From assembly GCA_014444615.1 (NCBI GenBank), contig PVXE01000015.1:12124-76123 (forward strand): 64,000 nucleotides of DNA. Direction: 5' to 3'. This document shows, in pieces, positions 18,617 through 27,600 of the stretch. The position numbers and the translations under genes were made by a program. This DNA is from Tagaea sp. CACIAM 22H2 (GTDB taxonomy: Bacteria > Pseudomonadota > Alphaproteobacteria > CACIAM-22H2). The notes beneath the pieces are model-generated. The model saw only the letters and a program-made list of their open reading frames with translations. It was not told the DNA's origin and searched no databases. Each line of letters opens with the position of its first letter. Within the stretch, counting starts at the first letter, position 1.

Positions 18617-20025
18617 TATTTGCCCTCCGCCAGCGCTTCCAGCGCTTGCACGAAACACGCGAGGGGTGCCCGCACCGTACCGGCCCCGACTTGGCCAATA
18701 CCGGGCTTGCGATGCGCGATCCCCGTGTTGATCAGGGGCGCAATGCCCGTCTCGACAACGCGGCGCACATCGATGCCGACGGGCACGCCCGCGAAATCGA
18801 GACCGGGGATCGTCCAATCGGGATTGCGGCCGGCGCTGATGTCGACCATCGAACGGGTGATGTCGAGCGCTTCCGATGCGGAGCCCGCACCCACGAAACC
18901 CGCGACGGCGGGCGACGCCGCCATGGCGAAACCGCCCAGGCCGATCGTTTCGACGATCGCGGAATCGCCGATATCGGGATTGGCGTCGGCTTCGGTATAG
19001 CCGGGGAAATAAAGCCCGCGCGGCTGTTCGACGGGGGCGACGTACCAGCGATCGCCGGTCGCGGCGACGCGAATGCCGAAATCCGTGCCGTTGCGGCACA
19101 TCGCGGTGACGAGCGTGGAATGCGCCACACCCTTCACCGGATCGGCGATCGACTTGCCCATCGCCATCGCGACGTTCAGGAAGAACTGATCGTTGCCGCC
19201 GCAGAATTCGAGGATCTTGGCAAGCTTCTCGGAATCCGGCACGGCGCGCGCCAGCCACGGCGCCATCGTGCGCACGAACAGGCTGGTGCAGGCGACGTTG
19301 CGCTGATGCATCTCGTCGCCCATCGACAATCCGCGCGCGATGATCGGCTTCAGCGCCAAACCGCCCGACAGCTTCAACGCGGCGGCGAGGGCAGGCCCCA
19401 AATCCGACGCGAGCCAGCGCAAGCGCGCCAGCACGCTTTCGTCGTTGCCGCCGAAGCGCATGACCTTGCCCAGGCCCTCGTTCAGCGTGCAGTAGGCGCG
19501 ATTGCCGAAGCCGCGATTCTCGACGACCATCACGGGCATCGATCGCGTGATCATGCCGGTCATCGGGCCGACGGCGCCGAAATGATGATTGGGCGCGAAT
19601 TTGATTCCGCCCGACGCTGCGAGCTTCTCGGCCGCGTCCAGATCCGGCGCCCAGCCTTCGAGCACGATCGCGCCTTGAATGGCGCCGCGCAACGGCCCGC
19701 ACATCCGATCCCATTCGATCGGCGGACCGGCATGCAGGATCGTGCGATCGCCCAAGCCTTGCAGCACCGTATCGGCGCGCACGACGTCGATCAGCACGGG
19801 CTCCGCCTTCAGAAAGCGCGCAAGCGCTTCCTTGTTGGCGGTGTCGATCGCGGGATCGCCGTCGAGCTTGGCAAGCAGCCCCGCCAAACGTGCATCGCCC
19901 TTGGCGGGCGGCGCCCAATCGACATGGGAAACGGGAACACCGGCGCGGGAAAGATCGCGCGCGAAACCGTCGAGCCCGACATTGACGATTCGAAGGCCCG
20001 ACGCGAGCAAAGATTGACCTGACAT
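18616..20025 (-). CDS. DUF1116 (YlbE/AllG-like) protein
   Basis: 469 aa. Typical DUF1116 length and sequence character (NHHFGAVGPMTGMIT, GLGGFAMAASPA). It lies immediately upstream of fdrA. Confidence 0.7.
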   Translation of the reverse strand: MSGQSLLASGLRIVNVGLDGFARDLSRAGVPVSHVDWAPPAKGDARLAGLLAKLDGDPAIDTANKEALARFLKAEPVLIDVVRADTVLQGLGDRTILHAGPPIEWDRMCGPLRGAIQGAIVLEGWAPDLDAAEKLAASGGIKFAPNHHFGAVGPMTGMITRSMPVMVVENRGFGNRAYCTLNEGLGKVMRFGGNDESVLARLRWLASDLGPALAAALKLSGGLALKPIIARGLSMGDEMHQRNVACTSLFVRTMAPWLARAVPDSEKLAKILEFCGGNDQFFLNVAMAMGKSIADPVKGVAHSTLVTAMCRNGTDFGIRVAATGDRWYVAPVEQPRGLYFPGYTEADANPDIGDSAIVETIGLGGFAMAASPAVAGFVGAGSASEALDITRSMVDISAGRNPDWTIPGLDFAGVPVGIDVRRVVETGIAPLINTGIAHRKPGIGQVGAGTVRAPLACFVQALEALAEGK

Positions 20026-20058
20026 GAGGCCGGATAAGACCCTGTCCGGACCGGGTTT

Positions 20059-21651
20059 TCAAGCCCCGCGGGACAGATTCCGGCGGATTTCCGCCAGCAA
20101 TTTCGCGCGCGCGGTATCGTCTGGGGCGGCCTCCAGCGCCTTGCGCACGGCCAGGATCGTACCCGCATAGTCGTTGTGCCAATCGCGGCCCGCTTTGGCC
20201 GCCGCGCGCAGATCGCGCCCGTCCCCGGCGGGGTCGAGCCGCCAGCCCGGACCGTCGGCCGCAAGCGAATCGTCGAGACCGGGAATCGCGATCCGTGCAT
20301 GATCGATCCCCGCGGCGGCGAGTGCGCCGCGCAAGGCGTCAAGCTGATCGGGCTCGCCATGCACCAGCGCCACTTGGGTCGCGGGCCCGATCGCCGCTTG
20401 CGCCCAGCGCACCAGATCGCCCTGCCCCGCATGGCCCGAATAGGAATCGAGATCACGGATACGCGCGCGCACCGCGATCTCCTCGCCATGGATGCGCACG
20501 GGGTCCACGCCGTCGCGGATCAGACGGCCGAGCGTGCCCGGCGCCTGATAGCCGACGAACAGCACGGTCGATTCCGCGCGCCAGAGATGATCCTTCAAGT
20601 GATGCTTGATCCGCCCGGCTTCGCACATGCCCGAACCGGCGATCAGAATGGCGCCGCCGCGCACGCGCGCCAGCGCCTTGCTCTCCGCCACCGATTCGAC
20701 GGCGCGCAAATGCGGCGCGTTGAAATGCGCGCCGCCGTCGGGGACGGGCTCCAGCGTCGACGCATAGCGCGCGAAAACTTCCGTCGCGCGCTGGGCGAGC
20801 GGCGAGTCGAGATAGATCGGCATCGCGGGAATGCGGCTTTCGCGCGCCAGCAGCAGCAGATCGTGGATCAGCTCCTGCGTACGCTCGACCGCGAAGGCCG
20901 GAATCAACAGATTGCCGCCCGCGCGATGCGCGTCGAGCACTTCAGCGGCGAGCTTGGCGCGGCGCGAGTCTTCGTCCTCCGCCGGGCGTTCGCGTCCGCC
21001 ATAGGTCGATTCCATCACCAGCAGATCGGCCTTGGGCGGCAAAGCCGCATCGTGCTGCAAGGTTTTGCCGCGCGGGCCCAGATCGCCGGAGAACACCAGG
21101 CGCCGGCCCGCGATCTCGATCGCCGCCCAAGCGGCCCCCAGAATATGGCCCGCATGACCGAAACGCGCTTTGGCACCCGCAACGGGCGAAAATTCCTTGT
21201 CGAGCGGAACGGGCCGCAATTGCGCCAGTGCCGCTTCGGCATGCGCGCGCGTATAGAGCGGCGGCAGGATATCGCCTTGCCCGCGCCGATGCAGGCGAGT
21301 CGCGGCGCGATCGGTTTCCATTTCCTGGATCGCGGCCGCATCGCGCAACATCCATTGCAGCAGATCGCAAGTCGCCGGCGTGGCGAAGATCGGGCCGAAG
21401 AATCCTTCGGCCGCCAAGCGCGGCAGCAAACCCGAATGATCGATATGCGCGTGGGTCAGCACCACCGCGCCGAGCTTGTCGGGCGCGAAGGGAAAGACGC
21501 GGCGGTTGAGGCCCTGCAGAGTTTTGGGCCCTTGCACCATGCCGCAATCGACGAGGAAGGGCTTCGCCCCGCCATCGACTTGAAAACACGAACCGGTCAC
21601 GGTGCCCGCGGCCCCGTGAAAGCGAATGACGGGCGAAGAATCGTTGTTCAT
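20059..21651 (-). CDS. MBL-fold metallo-hydrolase with beta-CASP/RNA-specificity domain
   Basis: Carries THAHIDHSG (HxHxDH), a beta-CASP region, and a C-terminal YSGHAG motif. Confidence 0.8.
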   Translation of the reverse strand: MNNDSSPVIRFHGAAGTVTGSCFQVDGGAKPFLVDCGMVQGPKTLQGLNRRVFPFAPDKLGAVVLTHAHIDHSGLLPRLAAEGFFGPIFATPATCDLLQWMLRDAAAIQEMETDRAATRLHRRGQGDILPPLYTRAHAEAALAQLRPVPLDKEFSPVAGAKARFGHAGHILGAAWAAIEIAGRRLVFSGDLGPRGKTLQHDAALPPKADLLVMESTYGGRERPAEDEDSRRAKLAAEVLDAHRAGGNLLIPAFAVERTQELIHDLLLLARESRIPAMPIYLDSPLAQRATEVFARYASTLEPVPDGGAHFNAPHLRAVESVAESKALARVRGGAILIAGSGMCEAGRIKHHLKDHLWRAESTVLFVGYQAPGTLGRLIRDGVDPVRIHGEEIAVRARIRDLDSYSGHAGQGDLVRWAQAAIGPATQVALVHGEPDQLDALRGALAAAGIDHARIAIPGLDDSLAADGPGWRLDPAGDGRDLRAAAKAGRDWHNDYAGTILAVRKALEAAPDDTARAKLLAEIRRNLSRGA

Positions 21652-21684
21652 CGGCGCGAGTGTAGCGCCAAACGCGAAAGGCCG

Positions 21685-24600
21685 TTAACGCCCGCCCCAG
21701 GCCAGCGGGAAATTGCCCGAAATGCCGGGCGTGCCCGTCGCGGTCGCCGTCGGGATCGCGGGCGGCGTCAGGTTCAGCAAGCCCGGCAAAATCGTGACCG
21801 GCGCGCCGCCGCCCACAGGCGTCACGGTGATCGACTGCACCGCACCGCCCGAAGTGTTGATCGTGATCGTGGTGCCCGCCGCGAACGTGCCCGCCCCCGC
21901 CGACGGGGTAGGCGTGCTGGATTGCGCGCCGCCGGTCTGCGGCGTGCTACCGGCCGTTTGGGGATTATTGCCTTCGCCGCTGCCTTGTTGCCCCCCGCCC
22001 GTGCTGCCGGCGGGCGACGCGGCCTCGGTTAGGATCGCGATCAGCATCGCCTGCACCGCCGCCGGGCTGACCGGGTTGACGTTCGCCGCGTCGGTCGTGC
22101 CGGTCGTCGACGACGACGGCTGCACGACCGTCGAGGTCAGGATCTGGGTGATGATCTGCGCCAGCGTCTCGGTCGTGACCGTGTTGGTCGTGGTGCCTTC
22201 GGTCGGCGTCGATGGCGGCGGCGCCGAGCTCGAAACCGTCGCGCCGCCGAAGGTGAAGCTGCCACTGGATGCCGTCACCGCCGGCGCGGCTGCCGCGCCC
22301 GAATTGCCGTTGACCGTGCCGTCGAGCGCGCCGCCGGTACCCGTCAACGACAACGACGTGCCGAAATCGTTGCCGCTTTCGGTCAGCGTCATCGTGCCCG
22401 TCGCCGACAAGCTGGTCGAGCCGGCGCTGAAGAAGCTCGCGCCCAATTGCGTGAGGGCGCCGCCCGCCGTCACCGTCAAGGCGCCGCCGACCGTCATATC
22501 GCCCAATGTCAGCGCGCCGGAATTAGTGACCGACGCCGAACCCGCCGTCGCCGTCAGCGACAACGCGCCGCCGAAGGCGTTCGAGGCGTTGGTCAGCGTG
22601 ATGCTGCCGCCCGTCGTCGTGAAGCTCGACGTGCCCGTGACCGTTGCGGCGCCAACTTGGGAGATCGAGCCGCCGGTGACGACGGTCAACCCGTTCCCGG
22701 CCGTGACGCCGCCCAAAGTCAAATTGCCGGGATTGGTGACCGATACCGCACCGGCCGCCGTCGATATCGACAGCGCGCCGCCGAAGGCGTTCGACGCGTT
22801 GGTCAAGATGATGTCGCCGCCGGCCGTGAAGCTCGACGCGCCCGCGACCGTCGCCGCGCCGACCTGGCTGATCGATCCGCCGGTCACGCTGACATTCAGC
22901 GTGCCCGCCGACGAGATCGAGCCGATGGTCATGCCGCCGGACTGCACCCAATCGATATCGCCGGCCGTCGTCGTCAGCGACGTATTGCCGCCGGCGGCGA
23001 CGGTGCCCGTTTGCCCGGCGATGTTGCCCGAAATCGCGTTCAGCGTCAGCGCACCCCCACTATTGATGCTGCCGCTGTCGAGATAGACGGCGTGGTTGTT
23101 GGTGCCGCCACCCGTGCCGCCGGTCGCCGTAATCGATATGCCCGCGACTTGGGTAGCGATCCCGCCGCCCGAACCGACGATGATGCCGTACCGGTTGCTA
23201 TCGCCCGAGGCGCCGCCGGCCGTCGCGGTGATCGAGACGCTGCCGGTGCCGGTCGCGCCGATCGTGCCGAGTTGGCCCACGCCCGACTGGTTCACGCCGA
23301 CTTCCAAGCCACGGCTTTGAATGCCGCTGTCGTTGGCGCCGCCGCCCGTGGCGTTGATCGTCAGATTGCCATCGACCGTCGTGATGCTCGTCGTGCCGCC
23401 GCCGCCGACATGCACGCCCACGCTGGCCAAACCGCCGCCCGCGCCGGTCACGGTGACGGCACCCGTTCCGGTCGCACGGATTGCACCCGTCGCCAGCGCT
23501 ACGCCGATATTCCCGGAACCATTGGCGCCACCCGTCCCCGTCACGGTCAAGACGCCATGTTGGGTCTGCGCATAGGCGCCGCTCGCGTAAAACTCAACGC
23601 CCGCCGCACCGCCGCCGGCGCTATTGCCGCCTTGGCCCTCGATCGTAAGCGTGCCCGTGCCAGATGTGAGCACGCCCGCACCGTTGCGGATCGTCACGCC
23701 GTGGGAGCCGCCAGCCCCGCTACCGCCCGCACCCTTGATGAAGATATCGCCGCCGCCGGCATCGACAAGGGCCGAAGCGCTGTCGATGCTCACGCCGAAA
23801 ACCGCGGTGCTCGATGCGCCGAACGCGCCGCCGCCCGGCGCGTTGCCGTAAAGATTGATGTTGCCGCCCGTGGTCGTGATGCTCGACGTGATCGTCAGAC
23901 CGTCGGCGGCATCGGCGGTGAAACTTCCGCCATGCGTGTTCACGGTATCGAGCGTCATCGTGCCGGATGTCGCGATCGACGCGTTGCCGTAATTGTCGAT
24001 CGAGATCGTGCCGCCGAACGCGTTGTTCAGATTATTCAGCGCCACAGCGCCGGTACCGCCGTCGAAGGTAGCGCCGGCACCGGACCTGACCACGGCGCTG
24101 TTAAGCGCGATACCGTTATTAGAGATCATCCCGATCTGACCGGTCGTCGCTTCGACGGTCGCGGTGCCGACGGCGATGATGCCGGTACCGCCGTTCGCGG
24201 CTTGGCCGTTGAACGTCACATAGACGCCGGCGGCGTTGACGATCGCGGCCGCACCGTCGACCGAGATTCCGTGCGCGGTCGCGCTATTGGCGCCGCCGTA
24301 ACCGTAAAGCTCGATATAGCCGGATTGGGTTTCGATCTGGCTGCCGCCCGCGACGATGATGCCTTGCGCGCCCGCCCCCGTGCCGGCGCCGCCGCGTCCG
24401 CCGAGGACGATGTTGCCCGACGTGGTTTCGATCCGGCCGCCACTGAGCATCACGATGCCATGCTGACCCGTGCCGTTGTCGGTCGAGCCCTTGCCGATGA
24501 TCATGACATTGCCCGATCCGGCCGACAAAATCGCGGAAGCGCCGTCGATGCGCACGCCCCACGCCGTGCCGGCATTGGTCCCGGCATTGTTGTCGCCACC

Positions 24601-27600
24601 CGGCGCGTTGCCCCACACATTGATGTTGCCGCCGTCGGTGTCGATGCCCGCATTGGCGAACCACGCCGTCTCCTCGGCATCGATGAAGAAGGTGGCACCG
24701 CCCGTTCCTGACGATTTGACCAAATTGCCGCCGACCAAGACGTTGCCCGCGGTCGAGGTCAAATTCACGTTCTGCGAAACGCCGCGCGTGAAATTCTGCT
24801 GCCCCGTGATCTGGAGCGATCCGCCTTGGATCGAAACCGTCGCGCCGGTGAATTCGTTTGTCTGGCTGAGGATGATCGTTCCGGTCGAATTGATCGTGAC
24901 GCTGCCGCCATTCGCGTCCTGCACCAGCGCGCCGGTTTGCGTGATCCCGGCGGTGGCGTTCAAGCTGAGCGAGCCGCTGCCCATCGTCGACGCGGCGAGC
25001 GTCATCGACCCCGACGAGGCCAGCGTCACGTTGGCCGTCGTACCGGACTTATCGAGCGCGATCGCGTCCGCGACGATATTCGCGGCCGTCACGTCGCCCT
25101 GCCCCGACAACGTGGCGGTCGTGGCGCCCAGGATCGTCGTGGAAGCCGCACCGCCGGCGTCGATCGTGACGGCCTGGCCGCTGAACTCCATCGTGTTGGA
25201 AACAAACGTCCCCTGCGTCTGGAACGCGAAATGGGAAACGCCCGAGGCGAGGCTCCAAAACTGCGTGTTGTCGACTTGGATCGAGCCGAGCTGCCCGGCC
25301 GAACCGAGCATCAGCGTATCGAACCCGGAAATGCCGCCCAGAATACCGGCGGTGATCGCAATGCCACCGCTCGCGAAGCCACCATTGACGCCGATGCCGA
25401 GCGACGAGTCCACGTTCTCGAACTGGATTGTCCCGCCGCCCGATTGGCGCGACAGCGTCAACGTCGATACGGACGACGCGAGCGAAGTCGCGGTGAAGTG
25501 AAGATCGCCCTGGAACGACGCGCCGCCGATCACCACGGTCGTCGAAGCGCCGTCGTAGCTGTCGCGCAGATCAATACCCGTTCCGGTGCCGATGGGCGTG
25601 AGGCCGGAAAGAAGGATAGATCCCGTGCCCGTTGACGTTACCGACGCACCGGCGATCTCGATCGAATCGCTGTTCGAACCCGCCCCGCCCGTTCCTGTGA
25701 TGGCGACGTCACCGTTCGTCGCGGACACCGTCGCACGCGCGATGCGCACGCCGATATTGGACCCGCCGGTCCCGGTCAAGGCGCCGTAGCCGGTAATGGT
25801 TATGCCACCGCTGCCCGAGACCAAAGCCGTACCGGGCGAATACACGGAGCTAAGAAACGTATCGCCGTTGATATACACGCCGACTTGTTCGGCACCACCA
25901 GCCGACGCGCCGCCCTTGCCCGTGACTTCGATGGCGCCAGTACCGGATGTCTGCACGACGACGCCGTCGATCAAAACGCCGTGACTATAGGTGCCGCCAT
26001 TGCCGCCCGCACCGGCGATCGAAATATCGCCGCCGCCCGCGTCGATGGTGACCGCCGTCGCGCTCGTGCGCTGGAGGTTCACGCCGACATTGAGGCCGGC
26101 GCTTGGCGTAGCGCTCGGCGTGCCGCCGGGCGCGTTGCCCCAGATGCTGATATCGCCGCCGAAGGTTTCGATTCCGGCGTTGATCGTCGCCTTCGTGCCA
26201 GCGACGAGCGAAACATTGCCGCCCTCGGTGACGATCTTGCCGCCGAGCGTCAGCGTGTCCGCCGCCTGGGCGCTGAAATTCAGCATGCCGCCGGCCGTGG
26301 CGCCGATCGCGACCGTCGATGGCGTGCCTTGGATATTGATGTTGCCGTCCGAAATCAGCGACACGTTGCGCGTGCCGGTCGCCGACGTCGTGGTGATCGT
26401 GCCGCCGGCGCTAACGACGATGTCGGCGGCAGCGCCCGTGCCATTAAAAACCAAATTTACGGCGTCACCCGCGAGGGTGATGGCGCCGCTGAGATTGATG
26501 GCATTCCCGCCGGAACCGCCTTCGCCGGAGATGTCGATGGTGCCGCTGCCGGCCGAAAAAACGATTCCGTCCAAGCCCACGCCCGCGGCACCGGCGCCCA
26601 CGCTGGTGCCGCCGACCGTCAACGTGCTGTTGGCGACGCGCCAATCCGCGCCCGGCATCGCCAATATGCCGTATTCGACGACCGATGTGCCGATGATCGA
26701 CGAACCGGCGCCCGAGCCCGCGTCGATCACGCCAAGGCTCCAAACGCCGCGCGAAAAGCCGCTGCCGACCGAACCGCCGTTCAACGTCAGCGTGCCGGAT
26801 CCGGTCTCGATCTCGCTGAAATATGCCGCGAGAATACCGTGCGAACTGGCGCCGCTGCCCGACGTGCCGCTGACGGTGATATTGCCGGTCGTCGTCTGCA
26901 GCGTCGCGGTATTGATCCCCGAATTGCCCTGCATGAACACGCCGCTGCCGTCGTTGCCGAAGCCGCCCGTGCCGTTGATGTTGATATTGCCCGCCCCGGC
27001 CGAGATCGTGACGGCCCCGCCCGCCGCGGTCGTATAGAGATAGATCCCGGCGGGCGCCGTGCCGCTCGTGGCACCCCGGCCGCGCGCGAAGAAATTGCCG
27101 CCATCGGTCGTGATGGTGACGCTGCGCGCCGTGCCGTCGTTGTAGCCCTGGATCGAAATGCCCTGGTCGATGCCGCCGCCGCCGATCGCCGCCTGCGCCG
27201 CGCCCGGCAAGGCATTCGTCAGGCTACCCGTGCCGCCGCCCATGACGATGTAGCCGCCATTGGTATCGATGACGATGTCGCTGTTGGTCGGTTGGATATC
27301 GATATAGCCGGTGGCGCCGCCGCCCGAACGCGCGTTGAAGATCATGTTCATCGAGCCGGCGCCGGTCGCGATCAGGCTCTTGTCGATGACGATATTGCTG
27401 GTCGAAATGAGGTTGAGATTGGCCGACGTCGCGATATTGAAGCTCTGGTTGGCCGTGACGTTGATCGCGTCGGCCAGCACGGTCACGTCGCCGGTAAAGA
27501 CGTTCGCTTGGGACAGGGTGACGATGCCACTATTGCCCTGGATCGTGAAGCTGTCGGCCAGCGCATCTTGAGTGATCGTGCCGGTCTGCGCGAAGCCCAC

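Noticed and set aside
21685-22300. Possibility that tpsA/tpsB is a contact-dependent inhibition (CdiBA) locus
   Set aside because: I found no VENN or other pretoxin motif, no distinct C-terminal toxin domain (the tail is S/T/P/G-rich and low complexity) and no small immunity-type ORF after the stop. This cannot be fully excluded without profile searches.
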